DNA of 64,000 nucleotides, taken from Sedimentisphaerales bacterium (GTDB lineage Bacteria > Planctomycetota > Phycisphaerae > Sedimentisphaerales > Anaerobacaceae). Made by a program: the position numbers and the translations under genes. Under the pieces are notes generated by a model. It had not been told where the DNA came from and searched no databases. It worked only from the letters and a program-made list of their open reading frames with translations. Positions within the stretch are counted from its first letter, which is position 1. Each line of letters begins with the position of its first letter. The stretch is from positions 2,688,001-2,752,000 of the forward strand of contig OY970194.1 in NCBI GenBank assembly GCA_963708075.1, in the 5' to 3' direction. Below are positions 52,929 through 61,668 of this stretch, in pieces.

Positions 52929-54176
52929 TCAGCCCGCCACCGGCACGCACTCGGGCGACCTTCTCGGCGGCAGGACACCGATCTCACTCTTCGCTTCCTG
53001 CCGAGCGCAGCGTTTCTGGAGTTGATCCAGGACGTTCATGAAATTGATGTAGGAGTCGTACGGCGAGTCGTATGGATTGAAGTACTTGTGCACGTCGCCA
53101 TCGGCGAAGAACTTGGTGCACATGTAATAGAAATGATCCGAGGTCTGCAGCTTGCGCCAGTCGGAGAGGATACGAGGATCATTCACCTGCTTGATCCTGC
53201 GCTCCAGGCGGTATACTTCGTGCAGAGCGTTGGACTGCATGGGATTGCCCAGCCAGGCCGACAAGTCGCGCTCGGTATCCGCCCAACTGATCACGTGCGG
53301 AACATCCACGATGCCTGAAGCATCGTAGCGGGCAGCCACCTCGCTGGGCGTCTTGAAGTTGTTGTCCGGGTGCCTGAGAATTTCGTCGGGCAGGTGTCGC
53401 ATGAAATCGAATATGCCCGTGTCCGCCCACTGGTGCTCGCCGAACGTCTCATAGTCCATGAACAGGTTCACGACGTTGCCGTTTCCATTGACGGCGCTGA
53501 CCCAATGAGCAAACTTCTCCGCGGTCAGGGGCCACTCGACCCACTGCCGATTGGAGAATCGGAACGCAATGTCATCGCTGAGAGAATAGTTCTTCAGCAG
53601 GAGCTTCACGCGACGGCAGCCCTTCGGCCGGTACACGAAGTTGGAACTTCTCAAGCCGAGGATGTGGTCCGCCCCCTCCGTGATGACCGCGTCGAAGCAC
53701 CCCATCGCCTCAATCAGCAGGGCAAGCTCGTTGTTGTAGATCAGCTCGGTGTTCCGGAACACCGTGGGGGTCTGGCCAAACAGGTTCTCGATGGCGGCGA
53801 CGTGCTTCTTCACCTGCTCGACGAATTCCTGCCGGGAGTACAGAAAGCTCAGGCTGTGATAGTACGTTTCCGCGAGAAACTCCACGCACCCTGTATCGGA
53901 AAGCGCATGAAATGTGCTAAGGACCTCGGGAGCATACATCTCAAGTTGCTCCAGCAGGACCCCCGTCAGGCTGTAGGCGATCTTGAACCGGCCTTTGTGC
54001 TTTTGGATGAGTTTGAGGAGCATGCGATTGGCGGGCAGGTAGCACTTATTGGCCACCTTTTTGCAGATCGCGGCATTCTTGCTCTCGTCGAAATACCGCT
54101 CGTCCTCATCGAAAACCGTGTAATGCCGCAGCCGCATCGGCTGGTGAACCTGGAAGTAGAAGCAAACCGAAGGCAT
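52929..54176 (-). CDS. GH57 family alpha-amylase
   Basis: FQVHQP.RL, ETYYHSL, FRNTEL, DYETFGEHQW, SWADTERD, LQTSDHFYYM. Confidence 0.93.
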   Translation of the reverse strand: MPSVCFYFQVHQPMRLRHYTVFDEDERYFDESKNAAICKKVANKCYLPANRMLLKLIQKHKGRFKIAYSLTGVLLEQLEMYAPEVLSTFHALSDTGCVEFLAETYYHSLSFLYSRQEFVEQVKKHVAAIENLFGQTPTVFRNTELIYNNELALLIEAMGCFDAVITEGADHILGLRSSNFVYRPKGCRRVKLLLKNYSLSDDIAFRFSNRQWVEWPLTAEKFAHWVSAVNGNGNVVNLFMDYETFGEHQWADTGIFDFMRHLPDEILRHPDNNFKTPSEVAARYDASGIVDVPHVISWADTERDLSAWLGNPMQSNALHEVYRLERRIKQVNDPRILSDWRKLQTSDHFYYMCTKFFADGDVHKYFNPYDSPYDSYINFMNVLDQLQKRCARQEAKSEIGVLPPRRSPECVPVAG

Positions 54177-54227
54177 GTGAGTCCCCAATCCTTTGTCAAT
54201 CTCTTGTCATTCCATTGTTGTCCCATC

Positions 54228-54402
54228 TCTCCTGGAAAATGGAAGTCAGGCTTATATTATTCAAGGAAATCAGCTTTGGGATTTCCTTGAATAATCAGCT
54301 CATCAGCACGCGTCATACACTTTCGCTTACCGCGTCGGAAGGAAGAATCAAAACCACGATTTTTCCTTCCTCAAGTAAGCCTGACTTCCATTTTCCAGGA
54401 GA
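54228..54402. mobile_element. MITE-like element with perfect 27-bp terminal inverted repeats
   Basis: TCTCCTGGAAAATGGAAGTCAGGCTTA (54228-54254) and its exact reverse complement (54376-54402); AT-rich interior with further hairpins. Confidence 0.65.
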
Positions 54403-54418
54403 TCACCTCCCGGCCCAC

Positions 54419-55738
54419 TCAGACCGGGACAAGCATCTCCCGATAGATTCTCAGGCAACTCCGGGCGGCGTCCTTCCATCGCAGCTTGCGCACCTCGAAG
54501 TTCCCGTGGTTGCGAAGCGTCATTTGCAGAGGCGGATACTTGAGTACTGCCACGATCTTGTTCGCCATCTCGTTGACATCCCAGAAGTCCACTTTCAGCA
54601 CGTGCCGCAGGACCTCCGAGACGCCGCTCTGCTTACTGATGATCGCCGGCACGTCGTTATCCAGCGCTTCCAGCGGCGCAATGCCAAAGGGCTCCGACAC
54701 CGACGGCATCACGTACAGATCCGCCAGCCGGTAGATCCGGCGAACGTCATCTCCTCGCAAAAAGCCGGTGAAGAGCACTTTCTGGCCGATCCCCAGTCCC
54801 GCCGCCATCTCCACGGCGCGGTACATCATGTCGCCCGAGCCGGCCATCACGAACTTGACGTTGTCCATCACCTCAAGGACTCTCTTTGCGGCCTGGAGGA
54901 AATACTCCGGCCCCTTCTGCATGGTGATGCGTCCCAGGAAAAGCACGAGCCTTTCGTCCCGCCGGATGCTCACGTTCGTCGTCGGCATGACGCGATTGCG
55001 ATCCACGCCGTTGTAGACGACCTCCACTTTCTCCGCCGGAATGCCATACCGGCTGAGCACGATGCTTCGCGTGAGGTGGCTCACGGTCACGACTTTGTCC
55101 GCCCGCTCCATCCCCTCCCGCTCGATGTCGTAGATCGTCTGGTTGACGTGTTCACCGCTGCGGTCGAATTCGGTCGAGTGGACGTGCACAACCAGCGGCC
55201 TGCCGGTCATCTCCGCCACAGCGATCCCTGCCGGGTAAGTCATCCAGTCATGGGCATGAATGACGTCGAAGTCTTCATCTCTCGCCAATTCCGCCGCGAC
55301 CGATGCGTACCTCTGAATCTCTCGATACAGGTCGCCACCGTAGTCCGGTCCGCCCCGCGACTCCCCCCGGCCAACGGCCTGGCTTTCGGTCTCGCGCCTC
55401 AGGCCCAGAGTTCGCTCGATTGTCTCCACGTACGCATCCGGCGTGACATAGGCCTGCAGGGGCGAGCGGATCGTCCGAAACCGCACATTTCGCCATGTGA
55501 CGTTCTTCTTCACGCGGTGAATCTGACGCCGCCGTGTGGCTGGGGTCAACAATCTCACATGCGTCGCGTACTCGCTCTGGACCATCTTGGGAAGCACGAA
55601 CGTCACCTTCACGCCAAGTTGGTCCATCGCACGGGTCAACCCATAGCACGCCGTACCGAGTCCGCCGCTGATGAAAGGCGGGAACTCCCAGCCTAGCATG
55701 AAGACGCGGATGTGCATCCCCTCGTCACTCGGTCCCAT
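54419..55738 (-). CDS. GT4 glycosyltransferase (glycogen synthase-like)
   Basis: LGWEFPP..SGGLG, HAHDWMT, GRIT.QKGP, PSVSEPFGIAPLEA. Confidence 0.92.
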   Translation of the reverse strand: MGPSDEGMHIRVFMLGWEFPPFISGGLGTACYGLTRAMDQLGVKVTFVLPKMVQSEYATHVRLLTPATRRRQIHRVKKNVTWRNVRFRTIRSPLQAYVTPDAYVETIERTLGLRRETESQAVGRGESRGGPDYGGDLYREIQRYASVAAELARDEDFDVIHAHDWMTYPAGIAVAEMTGRPLVVHVHSTEFDRSGEHVNQTIYDIEREGMERADKVVTVSHLTRSIVLSRYGIPAEKVEVVYNGVDRNRVMPTTNVSIRRDERLVLFLGRITMQKGPEYFLQAAKRVLEVMDNVKFVMAGSGDMMYRAVEMAAGLGIGQKVLFTGFLRGDDVRRIYRLADLYVMPSVSEPFGIAPLEALDNDVPAIISKQSGVSEVLRHVLKVDFWDVNEMANKIVAVLKYPPLQMTLRNHGNFEVRKLRWKDAARSCLRIYREMLVPV

Positions 55739-56524
55739 AAGTCCACACCCCTTACGCAGTCCTCAACGACTGTCCTGATGAATCTACAGCAATGACTCGC
55801 GGCCAAGACGCCACGATTGCGTACACCACAGCATCACCGCTACCCAAGCTATCGGCATCCATCCACCAACGCTTGATTTCCGCGTGGAAAAAATTTTACG
55901 CCTGTATCAGCGTTATCAGTTGTATTAATCGGGTCTTTGCCCTGCACAAGTTCACAAAATCCGGTGGAAAGCTCCGTTCTCAGGACCAACAGGCCGGCGG
56001 TTATGGGACCCTCAAGGGTCAGTAGTTTTCGCAAAGAATTCTTGAAACCCGATTTTGGGCATGAAAATGGCCCTTGCCTCGGTGCCCGTCACCGCATTAT
56101 CGCCTACGTATAAATACGTACATTTTGCGACACACCCAGCCGCTGCGAGCCTGGCGCTCCCAGGGTGGGGCTTGCCCCACCACAATCTGCGTCATTGGAA
56201 GAATCAGCCGCAGACTGGCCCGAGCGTCCCCGCTCGCCTAAAGGAATCATCTGCGCCCACGAAGTTCAGTGACACACGATCGTATTGCGGCGACACGCGG
56301 TTTTGCCCTGCTTCCACAGGCATAATCACGTTGCGATAAAAAAAAGCCTCGAATCCTAAATCTCGGCACCCGTACCGCCGATAGGCAAGGTGGATTGAGC
56401 CTGGTGGTCCGGAGTAAAGGCCCGCCGCCGGTTTCAGGCCCCAGCGAACAGGGGCCGCGGTGGCTGAGCCGGATCGGATCATCAGCCGGTAATCGAAGGT
56501 GCCGCTGTATCACGGAGATCGAAA

Positions 56525-56845
56525 ATGAAAAGGCGCATGGGCAAAAACGGCAAATCTGAGAGCAACTTGAAAGACGTGGTCGTCGTCGCGGTGGTCGACG
56601 AAATGGAGCAGGCCAGGGAGTATGAGACGCTGCTGCGGCTCAACGATATCCCTGCGATCGTGAGGGAGCAGATCGATCCCGCCGGCAACAAGACCGGAAT
56701 CGCAATTCTGGTGCCCGAGGACTTCCTCGATGAGGCCCACGTCGTCATCGAATCGCAGGACGCATACGATGATTTCTATGATTTCGCGATGGACGAGGAT
56801 GAGGATATGGATCTCGACGCCGACATGTTTGACGATGAGATCTGA
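56525..56845 (+). CDS. DUF2007-like small acidic protein
   Basis: A...ETLL..NDIPA, ILVPE..LDEA and an acidic tail. Confidence 0.65.
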   Translation: MKRRMGKNGKSESNLKDVVVVAVVDEMEQAREYETLLRLNDIPAIVREQIDPAGNKTGIAILVPEDFLDEAHVVIESQDAYDDFYDFAMDEDEDMDLDADMFDDEI

Positions 56846-56932
56846 TCCAATGCAACGAACGAAGCAATCAGGCGTCCAGTGTTCGCGTCTTCTGCCTCGA
56901 GCAGGGTGGAGCCGCGGCGCTGAAGACAGGAT

Positions 56933-57388
56933 GTGCCCACTATGTCAGAACCAAACGACATGCCTCCGAGTGAACGACGCAGTGGAGAGGACCGCCGCAA
57001 AATGGTAACCGACAGGCGTCAGCGTCCGGCGGATACGAGCGATCCGAATTTTGTGGAACGGCGCAGCGGGAAGGATCGCCGCCAGAACGTCGTAGACAGA
57101 CGCCTGGGACTCGACCGTGGTCGCGGCCCGGGCCGACGACGCAGCGACGATCGCAAGGCTGCCGAGGAGGGCCATATGTCCGACGAGCAATTCGAATTCC
57201 TCATGGCCATTGAGGAGTACAAGAGAGCCAACTCCAAGCCTTTCCCGACGTGGACCGAGGTCCTCGAGGTGATGAAGGCCCTGGGCTACCGCAAGGTCGC
57301 AGCGCCCCAGCCTCTGGCGGAAGCGCGACGGCGCGAAATCCTGGATGCCAACAACCCCGCAGAGCCGGTGCCTGCAAGCACCGTCTGA
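56933..57388 (+). CDS. Hypothetical protein with (D/E)RR repeats
   Basis: ERR/DRR seven times or more; C-terminal EFL.AI.EYKR...PFPTWTEVLEV...LGYRK. Confidence 0.75.
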   Translation: MPTMSEPNDMPPSERRSGEDRRKMVTDRRQRPADTSDPNFVERRSGKDRRQNVVDRRLGLDRGRGPGRRRSDDRKAAEEGHMSDEQFEFLMAIEEYKRANSKPFPTWTEVLEVMKALGYRKVAAPQPLAEARRREILDANNPAEPVPASTV

Positions 57389-57602
57389 TCGGCCTCACCA
57401 GCGATTTGCCGCGGCGGAGATACCGGCTCGCTCGTGCAGATGAATTGCGCTCCTGGCACAGGCGGAGCGGCAGATACCGCAGCCGTAGCACCACCTCTGA
57501 TCGATGCTGACTTTCCGATCTGAGGCGCTGTAGCCCATCGCGCCGAACCGGCACAGCCGCATGCATTGGCGACAGCCAACGCAGGCATCGAGTCGGTTTC
57601 GT

Positions 57603-58538
57603 CTACATCGCCGGGCGGGACCAGGTCAGGCAGGCGTCCACGAGCTCGTCAATGACGGCGGTGCCGGCGCACATGACTTTGTCGGCGCCGCCCCAGTAGA
57701 GCTTGAGGGTGCCGTCGTCTTCAGGGACGGCCCCGCAGGTGAAGACGACGTTGTGGACGTAGCCGACGACCTCCCAGGGGTCCTCCGGCTGGAGGATCCA
57801 GCGATCGCAGACGCCGAGGATTTCGGCCGGGTCGTCGAGCTTGTGCAGGGCGACACCGAGGCGATATACGGCGCCGTCCATCGTTGGAAAGACGCCGTGA
57901 TAGATGCTCAGCCAGCCTTTGCCGGTCTTGATCGGGGGCGCGCCGGGGCCAATCTTCATCTCGTCCCAGTGGTACTTCACGGGCTTCATAACGACCTTTG
58001 AATCGCCCCAGTAACGCAGGTCCGGCGAGTAGGTGATCCAGATCGACCAGGGACTAATCTCCGAGTGGGGCCGGTCCAGACGAACGTATCTGCCGTCGAT
58101 CTTCTCCGGAAAGATAACCGTGTTGCGATAGTCGGCCTGCGTGATCAGCGAGATTCGCTCGACGGATTGGAAATCGCGGGTCCTCGCCATTGCGATTCGC
58201 ACGCCATGCCTTGAATAGGCACTGTACGTGATGTAAAACGCACCTTCAAGCAGGGTAACCCGCGGGTCCTCAACACCATACTCCTCATACTCCGCGAAAG
58301 GCGGTTCTCTGGCGGGTGTCAGGAACGGCTCCGGCCGCGGCTTAAAACGAAACCCGTCCTGGCTCTCCGCCAAGCCAATAATGGACCGGCCCGTATCCAG
58401 GTGTGAGCGAAACAGCATGATGTACCGCCTATTGTATTTCGTGACGCCTGCATTGTGGACGGTCGCCACCGGGTACGGGATGTCATCCTTGGTCAGGATC
58501 GGATTGCCTTCATACCGCGTGATGAATGGCTTTGTCAT
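57603..58538 (-). CDS. GH130 family glycoside phosphorylase/hydrolase
   Basis: NPIL, HNAG, GVEDPRV, FPEKI.G, RPH, KIGPGAPP, YHGV, NVVFTCG. Confidence 0.9.
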   Translation of the reverse strand: MTKPFITRYEGNPILTKDDIPYPVATVHNAGVTKYNRRYIMLFRSHLDTGRSIIGLAESQDGFRFKPRPEPFLTPAREPPFAEYEEYGVEDPRVTLLEGAFYITYSAYSRHGVRIAMARTRDFQSVERISLITQADYRNTVIFPEKIDGRYVRLDRPHSEISPWSIWITYSPDLRYWGDSKVVMKPVKYHWDEMKIGPGAPPIKTGKGWLSIYHGVFPTMDGAVYRLGVALHKLDDPAEILGVCDRWILQPEDPWEVVGYVHNVVFTCGAVPEDDGTLKLYWGGADKVMCAGTAVIDELVDACLTWSRPAM

Positions 58539-58586
58539 GGCAGCACCCCCAGTCTTGCACGGACTGACACGGACTTCCACGGACTA

Positions 58587-59669
58587 TCACTGACGTGTCC
58601 GTGCCGGTCCGTGCGTGTCCGCGTCTGTCCGTGTCCGTCCGGCCTCACGGCGGAAGATTTCCTCATAGACTCTTTCGTACTGTGCGACCATGCAGTCGAT
58701 AGAGAAGTTCTGCTCGACACGGTCGCGGCATTTGCGGCGGTCGATCTGCCCCACTCGATCCACGGCCGCAACGGCATCGTCCACGGTACCGACGAGATAG
58801 CCGGTCTCTCTATCCTTGATGACTTCGCGGCAGGAGCCGAGGTCCATGGCAATGACCGGCACGCCGGCGGCCATGGATTCGGCCATGACCAGCCCGAAGC
58901 GCTCCGGGATCGTGTTCAGATGAAGTGTAACGTAGGCCTGCCTGAATAGCTCATCTCGCTGGGTCGGGTCGGCGGGACCGATGTACTGGATAGAGGAGTC
59001 GTTCAGATAAGGCCGGATGAAGGTGTCGAAGTAGAGCTGGTCCTGGATGATCCCTGAGATGAGCAGGTCCCGGCCGCAGCGCTGGGCGACATCGATAGCC
59101 AGGTGTGTCCCTTTGTCCATGTGGATTCGCCCGAGAAAGACCAGCTTGTCGCCGGGCTGCTCGCGGAACGTCAGCTTCGACAGGTCGATCCCGTTGTACA
59201 CCGTCGCGATGTAGGGCAGTTCCCGGTCCCGGTCGGCATCGCTGATGGAGACGTAATACGTGTCCTTGAAACTGCGGTACACGCGAAGGATGTCCGGGTG
59301 GGAGAAGCCGTGGATGGTCGTGAGCATCGGCGTCTTGATGAATGGCAGGTACGTCAGGGGCAGGTAATCGAAATTGTTGTGGATCAGGTCGAACTCCCCC
59401 GCCCGCTCCAGGGCCTTCGAGATGTGCAGGCACGTGGAGACCAAGCCGATTTGCGACTTGTCCTCCTCATAGCCACGATCGATGCACCCGACAAGCCGGG
59501 CTTTTGTGATGGAATCCTTCGTGGCAAAAAGGGTGACGTTCTTCCACCCGCGTGAGACAAGACCCTCCGCGATATTGCCGGCGACAGTCTCCCACGCTCC
59601 GTAAGCCCGTGGCGGCGTACGCCATGCCACCGGCGAGAGAATCGCGATTCGCTTCTCCCGGATATCCAT
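58587..59669 (-). CDS. GT4 glycosyltransferase
   Basis: PP.AYG..E, TTIHG, VYNGID, GRI..DKG, ERFGLVMAESMAAGVPV. Confidence 0.9.
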   Translation of the reverse strand: MDIREKRIAILSPVAWRTPPRAYGAWETVAGNIAEGLVSRGWKNVTLFATKDSITKARLVGCIDRGYEEDKSQIGLVSTCLHISKALERAGEFDLIHNNFDYLPLTYLPFIKTPMLTTIHGFSHPDILRVYRSFKDTYYVSISDADRDRELPYIATVYNGIDLSKLTFREQPGDKLVFLGRIHMDKGTHLAIDVAQRCGRDLLISGIIQDQLYFDTFIRPYLNDSSIQYIGPADPTQRDELFRQAYVTLHLNTIPERFGLVMAESMAAGVPVIAMDLGSCREVIKDRETGYLVGTVDDAVAAVDRVGQIDRRKCRDRVEQNFSIDCMVAQYERVYEEIFRREAGRTRTDADTHGPARTRQ

Positions 59670-59755
59670 GTCCCCCCCGGAAGCCTATAGGTCCTATTCG
59701 TCCTATAGGTCCATGTCGTCCTATGGACCTTGTGGACTTGGTGGACCTATAGGAC

Positions 59756-61408
59756 CTATGTGCGGTCGCCCGAGCCTTTCACTTCCTTCTTGATTCTCTG
59801 GATGTGCCCGCGGCCGAGCGCCTTCACCTCGCAGCCGAGCTCGAAGTAGCGGCGGATCTTGTCGTCGGACAGGATGCCGAAGCAATCGATCACGGCCAGC
59901 GGCCCGCCGGCCCATTTGACAACATCATCGGGATTGAGCTTCAGGTACGGCTCGTGCGGCACGGCCAGAATCACGGCTTCGGCCCCGCGGATCGCCTGGG
60001 CCAGGTCTTTCTGCACCGTCGCGTGCACCAACCCCTCCTGGTTGCGGAAGAAACGAGACCAGGAGTGCCCCGGTGCCGGATAGCTATCCTGCTGCTCCAG
60101 CTCGTACCAGTGATCGACGTATGGATCATGAATGTGCATCTCGGCGCCCATCTCCGTGAGCTTGCGGACGACCATTTCGCTGCCGCTGTAGCGGGTGTCG
60201 CCGACGTCCTGGCGATAGCTGGCGCCGCAGATGAGGATCTGGGCGCCCGCGATGTACCGACCCATGTTACGCAGCGCGTCGCGGGTCAGTTCCGCCACAT
60301 GGAGGCCTCGAGTGTCATTGATGTTGATGGCCGTCGGTGTGATCTTGAAGACATCATGGCCGTCCTCGAAGCCGAGGATATGCTTATAGGCCCAAAAGCC
60401 CAGGCCGCCGTCCTTCGGCAGGCAGTACCCGCCGACGCCGGGGCCCGGAAAGATCATGTTGCTGTGCGTCGGACGCATCTTGATCGCCTTGATCACCTTG
60501 ATCAGATCGACGCCGTTGCGCTCCGCAAAGATGCTCCACTCGTTCAGGAACGCGAGGGTCGTCGCCCGGTAGGAGTTCTCGACGATTTTGGTGGTCTCGG
60601 ATTCGATGGGCCGATCCATCACGGTCAGTGGGAATTTCTCCGTGTTGAGCACCTCCTTGAGGAATTTGACGACTCGGTCGCGGGCTTCGGGCGTGCAGCC
60701 GGAGCAGACACGCCAGAAGTCCCGAATGCTCGAAACGTACTCCCGGCCGGGCATGACCCGCTCGAAACTGTGGCTCAGCAGCGGGGCCGAGTTGATCCCG
60801 CGGGCGGCAAATGCCTTTTTCATGATTGGCCAGGCGACGAATTCCGTCGTGCCCGGCGCGACGGTTGTTTCGATCAGGACCAGGCAATCGGGCTTGATCT
60901 TCTCGCCGATGGTCCGCATGGTCGCCTCCAGGGCGGTCATCTCCGCCTCGCCCGTGCACATGTTGCCCAGATCGTGCTTCGTGTAGTCGCACTGCACGTC
61001 CACCACGACGCAATCGGCCAGTTTCAGGCAATCGGCGTTGTAGGTAGCCACGAGCGTCTTTTTCTCATTGACGCAGCGGGCGATCATGGGATCGACCTCG
61101 GGGTCTTCCGCCTTGACGGGCGACTCCCCACGATTGAGCATGGGGATCTTCCAGTAGCTTCGGGGGCTTGGCCGCTGGCAGCCGAGAACGAACTTGCTCG
61201 GCTTTCCGGTCTTCTTGTCAACCGTGTCGGCGATGATGGCGGCCATGACCGCGCCAACGAACCCAACGCCCATGACTACGACGATTTCCTTGCCGTCTTT
61301 CCTGGCGGCTTGCGTGAGGGCCTCGATGCGCTTGTATTCCTGCGCATAATCTTCCGGCTTGGGAAGTGGAAATTTCTCGCCTGCTGGATTCACTGAATAT
61401 TCGCTCAT
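59756..61408 (-). CDS. Nucleotide sugar dehydrogenase (UDP-glucose/GDP-mannose dehydrogenase family)
   Basis: GVGFVG, ETTVAPGTT, ERVMPG, KIVENSYRA, PGPGVGGYCLPKD, DTRYS. Confidence 0.92.
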   Translation of the reverse strand: MSEYSVNPAGEKFPLPKPEDYAQEYKRIEALTQAARKDGKEIVVVMGVGFVGAVMAAIIADTVDKKTGKPSKFVLGCQRPSPRSYWKIPMLNRGESPVKAEDPEVDPMIARCVNEKKTLVATYNADCLKLADCVVVDVQCDYTKHDLGNMCTGEAEMTALEATMRTIGEKIKPDCLVLIETTVAPGTTEFVAWPIMKKAFAARGINSAPLLSHSFERVMPGREYVSSIRDFWRVCSGCTPEARDRVVKFLKEVLNTEKFPLTVMDRPIESETTKIVENSYRATTLAFLNEWSIFAERNGVDLIKVIKAIKMRPTHSNMIFPGPGVGGYCLPKDGGLGFWAYKHILGFEDGHDVFKITPTAININDTRGLHVAELTRDALRNMGRYIAGAQILICGASYRQDVGDTRYSGSEMVVRKLTEMGAEMHIHDPYVDHWYELEQQDSYPAPGHSWSRFFRNQEGLVHATVQKDLAQAIRGAEAVILAVPHEPYLKLNPDDVVKWAGGPLAVIDCFGILSDDKIRRYFELGCEVKALGRGHIQRIKKEVKGSGDRT

Positions 61409-61578
61409 GCTCTATCACCTCGTATTCGCCCAGTCTTATCGGATCCGACCGATCGCTTCCGGCTGATGCCTGGCTCTCGGCACGATAGACTACCAAGTGT
61501 ACGCAGAAACACCACCTCAATCAAGGCCGTTCTCATCTTCGATGACCTATCAGATTCAATGAATCGGCCTCTGGCGCT

Positions 61579-61606
61579 TTGAACTTCAGGCCCAAAATGG
61601 TATAAT
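61579..61606 (+). promoter_or_regulatory. Sigma70 promoter with extended -10
   Basis: TTGAAC-16 nt-TATAAT, with TGG immediately before the -10. Confidence 0.6.
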
Positions 61607-61668
61607 CGGGGTGTCGATACGTTGGACCGCAATGATTTCCTGTCGCCTGGGACAGGGCTGGAGGAATG

